NCBI GenBank assembly: GCA_054661495.1
Contig: BAAFSQ010000098.1
Location: 1,405-33,404, forward strand
Reading direction: 5' to 3'
DNA: 32,000 bases
DNA from: Zygophlyctis sp. KS116
Lineage: Eukaryota; Fungi; Chytridiomycota
Under the pieces are notes generated by a model. It saw only the letters and a program-made list of their open reading frames with translations. It was not told the DNA's origin and did not search any database. How positions within the stretch are numbered: position 1 is the stretch's first letter; each line of letters begins with the position of its first letter. Both the position numbers and the translations under genes were made by a program. This document shows, one piece after another, positions 20,785 through 32,000 of this stretch.

Positions 20785-21440
20785 CTCAGTCTCCCAAGAC
20801 CAGCAGAGATTTGATTTAGATTAGAATCTATTCCTTCTTCTACAGAATCCCTTTCTAGTCCATCTGGAGTTGAATGAATATGACTAACTCTTCCTCCAAC
20901 AGATGATCCTCTAGAAGAAATAGCTGGAGCAGATGAAGAATTATTAGCTCTAGGATCTACTCTTTTTCTATTTTCTTTCTCAGTCTTTGATTCTCTTTCT
21001 GCAGCCTTTTTTTCTAAAGCTTCCTGTTTCTTTTTAGAGGATTTACTTCCAATTGCAGGTAAAAAGAACCAACCATTTAATGCCTTTAATCTAGTAGTTT
21101 TCGTTTCAGATATTTTAGCATGCTGATCAGCTTCATCTAATCTTTTATCAACTTTTTCCAATTGTTCACTCTGTAGAGCCAATTTTGATAAATTAGAAGT
21201 TGCAATTTCAGATGCAATCGTTAATTTTCCCAATGCTCTTGAAGAGGCATCCAATGAATCATTTTGAATTTGTCTAGTATGACTTGTATAATCATTTGAA
21301 CCATAATTAAAGCCATTGCCTTTGATTTCTTCTTCAGCTCTTGCCCATTTATTATCATCAGATCCTTGTTCTCTTTCTCTTGGTTCTCTTGATGATGATC
21401 CTCTAGATGATCCCTTTGAGGGGTTGTTGTTATAAGACAT
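20652..21440 (-). CDS. SEC9: Sec9/SNAP-25 family Qbc-SNARE
   Basis: Two SNARE motifs (SLDASSRAL...LALQSEQLEKVDKRLD and IDSNLNQISAGLGRLRMMG...ELENQRHQLDRV). Confidence 0.92.
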   Translation of the reverse strand: MSYNNNPSKGSSRGSSSREPREREQGSDDNKWARAEEEIKGNGFNYGSNDYTSHTRQIQNDSLDASSRALGKLTIASEIATSNLSKLALQSEQLEKVDKRLDEADQHAKISETKTTRLKALNGWFFLPAIGSKSSKKKQEALEKKAAERESKTEKENRKRVDPRANNSSSAPAISSRGSSVGGRVSHIHSTPDGLERDSVEEGIDSNLNQISAGLGRLRMMGASMNNELENQRHQLDRVQDRADENRDRISKLNRKMNDLSR

Positions 21441-21555
21441 TTCTAAATTTAACGAGATATAAATAGAAATTCAACTTGGCAATGAGAACCGGCCGGATAA
21501 AAATTAGCCGGTCGGTAGTGGCGTCTCAGTAACTTACGAAATGCATGATAATATC

Positions 21556-22040
21556 CTAGTATTTATATTTAGTACTGTAATCTTTTGGTGATATAACCAA
21601 TCCTTTTCCCTTTCTAGCTCCCCTGTAAACAGTTTCTAATTTTAAATAAATTTAAATATACCAACAATATCAATTAACTCTTGTTTATTTGTTAGAGGCC
21701 AATTGATTTTATTGTTATCTCCTGTTCCAAGATCAATCATTATATGTCTATTTCTAAAGAAAAACATTACAGTGCATGGATCATATAATTCATACATTTT
21801 TGTAAACTCTGGAACTTCTGTAATGTCGACAACATAAATAACAGCAAAGTTTGATAATTTCTCTGCAACTCCATACAATGTTTCATCCATCTGCATGCAT
21901 TGAGGATCCTGAATTTTAAGTATAACTGATTATTTTACCCAATCATGTCCGAATCTTATAATTACAATCCTTTCTTCTTCGTTTAGTATCGCTTGATCAA
22001 CATGCCATCCTGTATGTAAATGGGTCAAGAAATAAGACAT
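21556..22040 (-). CDS. DIB1: Dim1/TXNL4A U5 snRNP protein
   Basis: MSYFLTHLHTGWHVDQAI...RFGHDWDPQCMQMDE...MYELYDPCTVMFFFRN...ETVYRGARKGKGLVISPKDYSTKYKY; two introns. Confidence 0.97.
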
Positions 22041-22130
22041 TTTCTCACTTTATGCCCTCAAAAAGGTAATTTTGCATTCATTGGCAAATGTTCACCATTG
22101 ATTTGCTATTTGAAAAATTCTAATTAATAT

Positions 22131-23864
22131 TTATAAATTAAATGCTCCACTCGGATATGTAATGTTTTGAATTCTTAATCCAATTTTATACTTTTCAGTC
22201 CTTGTTGAATTTGGTTTGATTACGATTTTTGTTGGTTTATTCTGTAAAATTGAATCAAGGCTAAATGATTGTGGTTTTGAGTTTATTATACTATTCTTTG
22301 ATGATAATTGCTTTTTCCAATCTTGATATTTTAGTAATTTTAAATCTTGAGTAGACTGTTTAGTCAGTAGGTATTCTTTTCGTGCTTTAGTGGTTATAGT
22401 TTCACTATTTTTACAATTTGGTAATGAATAAAGGTATAGTAGCAAATTCAAAAAAGAATCTAATAGCGCTTCATTTTCAGGAGGAAATATTCTTGAGAAA
22501 TTGCCAAGATGTTCATCTTCATAGGTTTTATACTTTTTAGATAATGCTCCACAATGTATACTTTTCAAGGTTTCCAAACAGTCTATAGGATCTTTAGAGT
22601 GTAGAGTTGTTGAAGATGTGTTCGATTTAGAAGAGGTACAAGAAGAGGTAGAAGATGTAATTGATTCTTTTGAATTCTGTAAAGATCCTAATAATCTGCT
22701 TCTTGAAAGATCCTTTTGGTCTTTTTCAAACTTTTTTTGCATTGATGAATTCAGATTAACCAAAACTAGAGTATCCGTAATTAGTCCCGTTTTAATCCTT
22801 AAATCTAAATCAGAATCAGTTGAAAACTAATTTTTAATAAAGACTATTACAGAGGGTGAATGATTAACTTCAAGAACCCATGGTTTTAATTTTGAGTCCA
22901 AGAGTACATCAAATCCAAGAATTTCAAAACACTGGCTCCCAAATGAGGTTTTATTGAGTCCTTCCATTCGATTTTTTGGAAAACAAACACTCATTATTTT
23001 GGTAATTTGAGGTTGTACAATAAGTAAAGTTTTAACAAGAGCATTACATATTTTTTTCCACAATTCCTGTACATTAACACCTGCCGATTCAAGAAATTTA
23101 AAGACTGCTGACATTGATCTCTTTGATCCTCGCTCAGTTTTATCAAACTTTTCTGAATTCTTGTTTATGGCATAGTTTGTCAAATGCATATGAAGAGAAG
23201 CAAAGTTTTTTGTTTTGGGTTCAGAGTATGGTTCTGTAGCAAATCTAGCTAGTCCTTCATTGTACACAAATATACGAAGTGGTTCCATACAAGTAACCAA
23301 AACATAAATCCGAAGATCAAACTTGAACCCATCAATCAGAAAAGGTTTTAATACATAATTTTGAATTACTACATCGCTGTTTAAAGATCCATTTCTTTTC
23401 TGAATTTTCATGATTTGCTTTGGACTCTTTGCTAGAAATATTCCCTTTCCTTGGCATCCTTGATCAGGCTTCACAATATAAACATTATGATCACTTGAGC
23501 GATAATTTAGATTAAAATCAGACCATTCTGAAGGCAGTATCCAACTTTTGGGGAAGAAATCAAACTCTTTTCGTTTATGAATTCTTGACAGATTTCTGGC
23601 TAATAAATTCTTTCTGCAGATTTCACTCATTCCAGGGAAATGATTAATCTTTTGGTATGCATTCATTTCCAAGATCCTTGATAGGGAAACTCCAGTATCA
23701 ATCCAGTACAAGATCCACTTTTTGGGATCGTCAGAGCAATGGAATCCGAGGCTTGTAGCGCATTCCTTTACAATATCATACTTGCATGTGCTGGCATTAA
23801 TAATCAGTTTCTTCTTCTTTTTATGGACTTTAGGTATCACTTTCGAACTCTTTTCCAGGGACAT
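22131..23864 (-). CDS. TTLL6: Tubulin polyglutamylase, TTLL6/TTLL13-like
   Basis: QKINHFPGMSEICRK, IVKPDQGCQGKGI, KFDLRIYVLVT, MHLTNYAINK, CFEILGFDVLLD...PWVLEVNHSPS-FSTDS; 24-nt intron at 22827-22850. Confidence 0.92.
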
Positions 23865-24024
23865 TTTCAAATGACGTTGTTCGGAACTTAACAAGTTATA
23901 TTTATTTCAAGTATGATCAATTGACTTGAGAATCAATTCTCTTTCAAGTCTGTATAAAGATTTTCAACATATTCCAATATGCTCTTGTTTTCTCGCATAA
24001 TTTGTATTGGAACCATTGAGAGTG

Positions 24025-27000
24025 CTAACACTTAGAATAAAATAAATTACCGTTTCGACTGCATTTCGTTTCAGTCTGAAGAGAACTAATAACACTTCCA
24101 AATAATAACCAGAATACTGCCACAACATATAATCCACCAAAAATATACGTTGCATTACCACCAACCTTAAGTGAGGAAAATCCATTTTCAAGGTATTCTT
24201 TACATGCATGATAGCATTGGTAAAGTCCTGTTTCTGCTTCGTTGTTCAAAACTTCCCAAAGGAACCAGAAATCATTTTCAGTTGTAGCGTCAAACTTATT
24301 CTTTAGTCTACTAGCAGCATCAATGATAGAATTCATCATGGCTCCTACTCCCAATGTAGTTTTAGCAGCGTAATCAGGTGGAAGCCAATCATCTCCAGCA
24401 CTGGCCATGCGGTTTAATAAGTTTTGAGGAGATGTGTATGCTTCAGAAATAGGATCTTGGAATAAAGATGAAAGTTTCGGTATTAAATGTGCTTTCTGAG
24501 ATACATCATCATAATATGTTTTTATCTAAAGTAAGATTAAAGATAAAATACCTTTTCAACATATGTTCCAAACTTAACAACATTTTCTGGATATGGGTCA
24601 CAAAATAGACTATTTGTACAATGAAGATATAGTCCCATGGGTCTCCACATTACCCCAACATTATACATGTATAGATTTGCCACTTCGCTTGCCAAATTTA
24701 TAGCGCTACTCAATTGTGCGTTTGTTGTATAGAGCCATGCTACATGTCCGATAAGAGGGAAAGAAATTGAAATTAAACCCAACATAAAAATGATCAAAAA
24801 TTTCTTATTTTGATATGGTATGATCTAAAGGTTATTATTAATCACTATTACCGAAATATCCTGAACGTCTTCGGTAGCATCATTGTTTGCTACGGCCTCA
24901 TCATCGTCTTCATCTTCCTCATCAGATCCACTCTCTTCTTCTTCGTCATCATCATCATAATTGCCGTTATTTGCTCCATCTGCGGTCGAGGACATAGCAT
25001 CATCTTCATCTTTCTTTTTATACTGAGCACTTTCTTCAAGATTTGCAGGAAGATATACGTTGTATACAAGATCATAAATATATGATTTAGGAAGAGTAAC
25101 AATCAATCTTAGGATATTTTCTCTGTCTTTTTGAATTTTTTGCAATTGCGGATTTAGTAAAACCCAAAAAACGATCTATAATGAGTAGCTAAAATTATAC
25201 CAAAGCCACTGCAATAGTAATAATTGCAAGAATCAAGTGAGCAAGTGCTAATTGTGACAAAATCCTAGAACTGATATCCGGTATCAGGTCTGCAAGTTTT
25301 AAATTCAAAGTATTAAAAATATTTCGGTTCGCCACAATCAAGTTCCAATAACGTTCTGATTTTTTAACATCAAATTCCGAGTCAACAATTTCTCCGGCGC
25401 CAATGTAAAGGGAAAAGGCACTCCACAGTGTGGTGACTTCAAATATTGTGATTTCTTCAGCCGAACCATTTACGAACTGCCCAACCTGGAATTTCCCTAA
25501 AATTTGAACATCCAATTCATCTCCAGGAATACGCATCTTCATATAAAAAGCTTGAAAGTTATTGAAAGTATCAATCAATCCAACATCCACTTCGTGAATA
25601 TATTCTTTTAAAGCATGGGTGGTCTTTTCAGAGCCATTTTCAGCCTTTTCAACCCAAGGACAAATTGGGTAAGTATTGTTTTCAGGATTAAATGAGCAAG
25701 GACCATAATTCACCGATTCATCTTGCTGCAGTAGTAAATATCTAGCGGCAAAAACGAGTTCATTACTTTTTACATTCAATTCAGCCAAACTCTCCATAAA
25801 CGTATAGTAAGAAGAAGGAGACGGGAACTGATTGACGATAATAATTCCAACAGAAAAAATAATAATGAATCCAACCAAAAGAATATTAAGCAAAAATGAA
25901 AAGTATCTAAGAGATGAATCTGGCTTATTCGAATCTTTGACAAATTTAAATTTCTCATCGAATATTCGATTCTTGGATGAAACTGTTGTAGAAGCATTAG
26001 TTAAAGCGACTGATTGAACATCCTCACCACGGACCGATATTTGATTAGAACCAGAAGTTTCAGAGACACCACCCCTGAACTTCAGCTTCTTGGTGCTTGA
26101 GGTGATCGAGCCTGACGCCGATTGAGAATTACTTCTCGAGTCTAATCTATTGTCTTGCGTATAATATTTCAAAACCAATTCTAATCTTCAAATTCAAAAA
26201 GTATACCTCTGGGGACTTTCATCTCCAGTTTTTTATGTCTTAGCCTGCCAATAAACGATTTGGCTCCTTCTGAAGAAACTTGCTCTGTGACCTTTTGTAA
26301 AAATATTGGAAACGAACCTGAATTTCAATAGGAACAGTACTTCCATCTCGATGAATCGTATCTACTTCTCGAGCGATTCCAACAACTCTCGCTACTTTAG
26401 TTTGTTTGTACCTATTGATTGATAAAATAAAATAAATACCTTAATAAGTAACCGTCATGCTTTTCTGAAACCTCTGGCGGTTGAATTTTATTGATATTTC
26501 TGCCAATCACTTCTTCAGGATCAAATCCTAGCAAAATAAATGCATCATCATTGACTGCCAGTATTGTTCCAATTTCATCAATAGTAAGTAGTGCATCAAG
26601 TTCAGTCATATCACGAACCAACATTCTCATAGAGTCATCTTCCTTTGATTGAGTGAGGTTATAAGAAATTGGTAACAATGAAAAACTTTTAGTAACCGCC
26701 TGCAAGTAAAAATTCTGGGAAGGATTTTTCAAGCCTCTGACAATCCAGTTTGCTCTGTCTTGTGCAGGATTATCCACTAAAGGCGGAATTATGATTTCAA
26801 TTGGATTTCCAACAAAGTCCGAAATTCTGCGATCTTTCTGATAACCAAGCATGGTAAGTACGTTTCGGCTAATATTGATGATGATTCCAGCTTTATTCAT
26901 AACAATTTCATACGACTCTTTAAATCCTCTCCTACTACCTGGACCACCTGATCCGCCTAAATCTCCTCTTCTAAGAACACCTTTAAAAAGCATTTTACCG

Positions 27001-30000
27001 CTACCATCATTCGCGTCAGATCGGGTAATAATCGCACGGATTTGTATCACCGATCCGTCCGAATGAACCGCAGGAAGAATTCTTCCATCCACAGCACGTA
27101 AAATGTTAGAAACTTTGGTTTTTCTGTATCTCTCTAAGTACATATCATGGTCTAAAAGTTAAAACTCGAGGGAATAATTTACAATCACAGTAGGGCGGAG
27201 GCATAATCCCCTTAATGTTTTTTCCTACGATGTCGTCCCTTTTATATCCTAAAAGGGTTTGAATTCCTTGGTCAGTGTTTTGGATAGTTCCAAAGCCATC
27301 AATGAATATAACACCTTCTATATTAGATGTATCACGAATGTTGGCCATCCAGACTCTTTCTCCATTCACGAAAAATTCTTCTACTGTCAAAGAAGCAGGA
27401 AAGGTAGCTCCACTTGATGTTTTAGCAGGTACACTTCGTCCTGATGTTCCGATCACTTTTGCATTTCCGGTTTCTCTATATTTTTTCAGATAGCCATCAT
27501 GTCCAGCAGCAAATGAATCAATCATTAACATTTTCACATTCTACAATTAAGATCAAATGATATACCTGTCCAACAACATCTTCAGCTTTATATCCAAACA
27601 TCTCTAAAGCACGTTTTGTAACAAGTTTAATTATACCCATTTCACTAATTAAAATAATCCCAGACGTTGCATCCTGAGACGTTTGTATTATCTGACCAAT
27701 AAATTGTCGCTCGCCATTTTCTTTTCGGCGTTCCTGAATCAATAATCTGATGTTGAATGCATATCCTTCTCCATGTAGACCATACAGACTAATCATTAAG
27801 GGAAAAAACTTACGCTTGAGGTTTTCCTATCACTGTTGATACATTAGAAACTCTGTATTTAGTCAAGAATTGATCATGGTGCTCTTTCCAGGGACTGGGC
27901 ACCAATAACTTAATATTTCGTCCCATAACTGCTTGTCTGGACAATCCAAATATAGTTAAAAGCATCTTATTGACTTGTTCTATTAATCCATCTTCAGAGA
28001 TAGCAATAACCCCCTGGGTATCAGGAGAGCCACGACCATCATTAGCTTTGGCTTCTTCAGCCTCACGAGCCCGTTGCTCTTCAGCCCTTCGATGATATTT
28101 TGAAGCCTCTTCGGCATTGTGAAGAATCAAATCGAGGAAAAAAGCATAGCTACTGAGAATGGCAGTATACTTTGGATATCTGAGTAACATTGATTTAAAA
28201 ATTAAGCCAGCTTTCGCACATTCAATTTCCATTTTTTTTGAAGCTTTGAGGAACGCTGAAAAAGATATTGATTTCTGCAAAAAAAGGATCCAAAACTCTC
28301 GAATCGACTTATTTTAAGAAGCAAAAATATACCTGGATTGCTACATTGGTAATCTGTTGTGTTTCCAGAAAATATTTTTGAAATTCAACATAATTAACTA
28401 TTTCAACAGCATTTTGATCCTCAGATGTGACACGAGCCGCAATTGCTTTTACTTCAATCTTTCTTCTGAAAATAAAATAACGAGTATATAAAGATGGTTC
28501 CAATTTTGAAATAGCGTCCAGTTTCATTAAATGGGCCGAGGGATCTGCACTCGTTGAAGTTAAGAAACTGACGCGCAATAACTTTACAAACTTTCTATCG
28601 GGAAAGGCTCGTTCAGCTTTTTCGTAATGCGTGGTGGCAGCTCCCAGAAATTCCGGTTTGTCGGTGAAATGCCAAAGCATTCGGCCCACCAAGTCGATCG
28701 TATTAACATTCGCGCGGTACTGTAATAAAATATTTGAGAGATATAACTTTGGGTTTCTCTCGTAATCACTCTTATCATATTGCCCAGATTTCTTAGTATC
28801 ATTGGATGCTTTTTTCTGATTAACAGCTTTCGACAAATTATTGGCCATTTTTAGGACACCTTTTGCAGCTTTTGACAGCTTGGTTTCCTTCTCCTTGTTA
28901 TCATCCTTTTCAGAGTTTGCCTCTATAGCTGAAGCAGATATACTTTCCTTGGTTTTCTTGGATAAAGTATGCAGTTCAACCAACTCTATAGCGATTGCTG
29001 CAAATTAAAGAATCCTTAACTTACCGGTCATATGTTCGATTCTTGAATTTATTAACGCTTCTCCTAAAAAGAAAAAGGGAATAATACCTAAAGTTTATAT
29101 GGTATAATTTTTGTACCTGCAATCAGTATATAATCGAAAACACGATTCTCATTAGTTTCATTTCCACTAGTATTGACTGACATGAACGAGACAGACGCAA
29201 ACCAAAAAAGCACCATAATTAGCCCTCCGCGTATTCTATTAGCCAATAGCACCTTTGCACGATTAGATAAAAGATAGATACCTGAAATGGTAAGTAAATA
29301 TATATGTGAAAAACAAGAGCCGTTATGATGAGAAAATTAAATAATGATTCCCACCAATGACCATAAGGATTGATAGATGGCCCAACCAAAAACTTATTAA
29401 TAGTCATAAATATGACCGAAAAATAATATTGTTTTCTATAACCAGAGCCAGTTGTTACACTCATATCATTTTGTACTGGGATTAGATTGCTTTGAATAGT
29501 TGATATAATAAAGATTCCAAAAATCACCAAAAGCATTGCGATTGTCCCAAGTGCAATTAAGCCATTATTGGTTCCAGAAAAACATGCAACTTTTCTTACA
29601 TATGAGTTGAAATATTTTACCCGGGAATATTTATGAGTATATTATCACTAGAACAAAACCAGGGCAGTAGAAGTATATAAACTATGGCTGGGAAAAAAAT
29701 TTGTGCGCCAGTAGTCATAATACTTACTAATATAGCACTAAAGAGTTGATGGTTTGGAAATCTAAACCAATATGATATACCAAATACCACAAAGGTAACT
29801 GATAGGAGTAGAATAAAGATCGCAGTGAACCAAAATGCTACCTGTCGTATAAAACAATATATTAATAATACCTGATATTCCCCATACGAAAAAGCGGGGA
29901 GCTGTAGCTGAATCCATCTCGAGAATTCGGCCCATCTCAAAGAAACATGTCCAAACATAAAACCTAAAATAAATCATCTTGTTTTACCATCTATCAAATT

Positions 30001-30250
30001 AATGAATCGAATGATTACCGTGTATAAGGAAAGGAATGATGTGAAATAGATCCAAAATAACTCCAAACAAAAATTCGCCAATATTATTTCGGACAAGTTT
30101 TCTGTCATTGATTACAGTTTGCAATGAGAATAGGATTCCAAAATATGTATCTTCTAGTAATGCTGAAATATACTTGATTGTGTAACCCTCTTGAGCAAAG
30201 ATAAGACTGGAATTTCCTCGGTTCTGCGACGTATCACTGGATGAGGACAT
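24025..30250 (-). CDS. TmcB/TmcC-like multi-pass membrane protein with five PAS domains
   Basis: N-terminal TM block, TPR-like region (ILSSYAFFLDLILHN), five PAS repeats (e.g. LLTIDEIGTILAVNDDAFILLGFDPEEVIGRNINKIQP), C-terminal TM segments and an acidic linker. ORF fragments are linked by micro-introns. Confidence 0.8.
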
Positions 30251-30296
30251 TTCGCGTCTCAAAAACTATTACGGAGATTTTCGCGTTTTGTTCGCG

Positions 30297-31913
30297 TCAA
30301 GTCTGATAATTCTTTGAATCAAGCAAAATAGATTCAATCTCTTCTTGGATCGTCATCAGACCTTTGTACATTTCAAAATACTCGGATCGAGGCGTGACAA
30401 TGACTTTTAGACTCTTTCTTGGAATCACAAGATTGATATTGATGTTCTTGAGTGCCGCAATACCTCTGAATGCACAACCCACTGCAGCAGAATTAGGATG
30501 ATCATCGGCATAAACTGTAACGCCGAAAACATCTGAGCAAATCTGAAGAATTGTAATGTTCTGACTTGCACCACCTATAATGATTCTAATAATATTACCT
30601 GTTACATAAATCTGCCTTGGAGAAACCCCGATTTTAGTTGCATGTCTCTTCATCGCCATAAATTGAGATTCAATTATTAGCCTAGGATGTAGATTATCGT
30701 CGACTTTATACACGCTCTCTAATCCCTTAAAATAATAGAATCCAGTCTCAAGAATACGAGGAGATAATTCAGGTACTTTTAGATAATATCCTAAATATCC
30801 ATTACATCCAGGTTCAGTATCCATTATAAACTGATTGAAAATATCCCAGGAAGAATTACAAAATTCATCTCTTATCGCTTTCCTAGTTAATGACCCATTC
30901 TTATAAACAATCATTCCCATAAACAAATCTAATTGATTTGGATGACACAAAACATGAGAAAAATTGTTTGGTTTTGGATCCTTTAATGATAAAAACAGTG
31001 TATCACTTGTTCCTAGCGATACCATTAAATCACCTTGTTCCCAAATCATACACGATAATGATGCTGGATTATCACCAGTAAAAGCCGATACTATACATTT
31101 TGTAGAGAATGAATATTTTTTCACAAAATAATTTCCAATATTCCCAACAATATCTGATCCTAATACCAACTGTGAACCCAATTTATCATCTAAATCAGGA
31201 TCAATAGCTTGTAAAATCCTATTTGACCATTTTTTAGAGTGTATATCTAATAAATTCATTCCCGAACCATCAGAGACATCAATTGAAGAATATTCTTGAA
31301 TCAATAAACTAGCAATAAATGAAGACACCAAGGAAATCCTTTCAGTATTATCATAATTTAGACGAGTCTCCATGATAATCTTGAGTATTTGAGATCCTGT
31401 AAACCTTTCAAAACCAGCAGATCCTGTAATCTCTGCTAATTTTTGTGGTCCACCAACTGCATTTTCCAAAATCCTCATCTGATCAGTTGTACTCGAATCC
31501 ATCCAAATTGGACATTCCAAAACTGAAAAAGCCTTGACAAGTTGATCTTTTAAATCCCTCTCTGAATCCAATCCTTTTAATGTATTTAAAGCGCCTTTTG
31601 CCCAATATACCGATCCATGTTGCTGTCCGCATCCACTTACCACATCCACCAATTGTAATTCTTTTGGCGTAAATTTAGATAACAATAAATCCAATGCATT
31701 CACCCACATTAATACTGGAGCCTTTACTGATTTCCCATCTATTAAAACACCGCCAATAACTCTACCTTTAAACAATAAAAACTACTTGTATTCAGTTAAA
31801 TCATCAAAAGCTACGAATGCTTCCTTTACTATTTGAGTTGATCCGCCATTATAATCAATAATAATCCCTTTAAACTGTTGTGTGCTACAGTCTAATCCAA
31901 GTGCCACAACCAT
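30297..31913 (-). CDS. XKS1: Xylulokinase (FGGY family)
   Basis: LGLDCSTQQ, SGCGQQHGSVYW, PIWMDSST, ERFTGSQI, ERISLVSSF, FTGDNP, SLGTSDT, KNGSLTR; 24-nt introns at 30575-30598 and near 31763-31786. Confidence 0.95.
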
Positions 31914-31947
31914 TTAAGCGGTCGATTTGGTTTAGAGTGAGGAAGAA

Positions 31948-32000
31948 ATGTTGGCTCAGTCTGGCTTTTGGAATGAGACTCAACAAGATTTAGTAGTGAT
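31948..32000 (+). CDS. Possible start of the next gene (truncated by window)
   Basis: ATG in AAATG context, open to the window end, divergent from xylulokinase. Confidence 0.3.
   Translation, partial: MLAQSGFWNETQQDLVV

Noticed and set aside
24895-24960. tca/tct triplet-rich tract
   Set aside because: It encodes the acidic D/E linker of the PAS protein and is not an independent repeat element.
1-32000. Prokaryotic features (CRISPR arrays, operons), tRNA or rRNA genes
   Set aside because: The sequence is intron-rich eukaryotic DNA. I saw no repeat-spacer array or RNA-gene signature.

Overview
AT-rich, extremely gene-dense eukaryotic DNA, most likely from a zoosporic (chytrid-like) fungus. 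It has fungal-type housekeeping genes plus cilium genes (KAP3, TTLL6/13) and TBC1D7. The introns I resolved are 24-34 nt, and many intergenic gaps are under 60 bp. Gene order: pyruvate carboxylase (5'-truncated), divergent importin-alpha, hypothetical, TBC1D7, NDUFAF2/NDUFA12-like, KAP3, two hypotheticals, Kin1-type kinase, ValRS, [duplication/insertion block], Sec9, Dim1, TTLL6, TmcB-like multi-PAS membrane protein, xylulokinase. The standout is a 2015-bp insert (17768-19782) with an intronless Crinkler-like header+HNH nuclease gene. It is flanked by near-identical 1002-bp direct repeats (16766-17767 and 19783-20784) whose breakpoints lie inside ValRS and Sec9, leaving both genes intact and doubling a small secreted LRR-cap gene. 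The insert's right end is a diverged copy of an ~85-bp sequence downstream of that secreted gene, hinting at a family of mobile effector cassettes sharing one terminus. All family assignments are by eye, without database searches.
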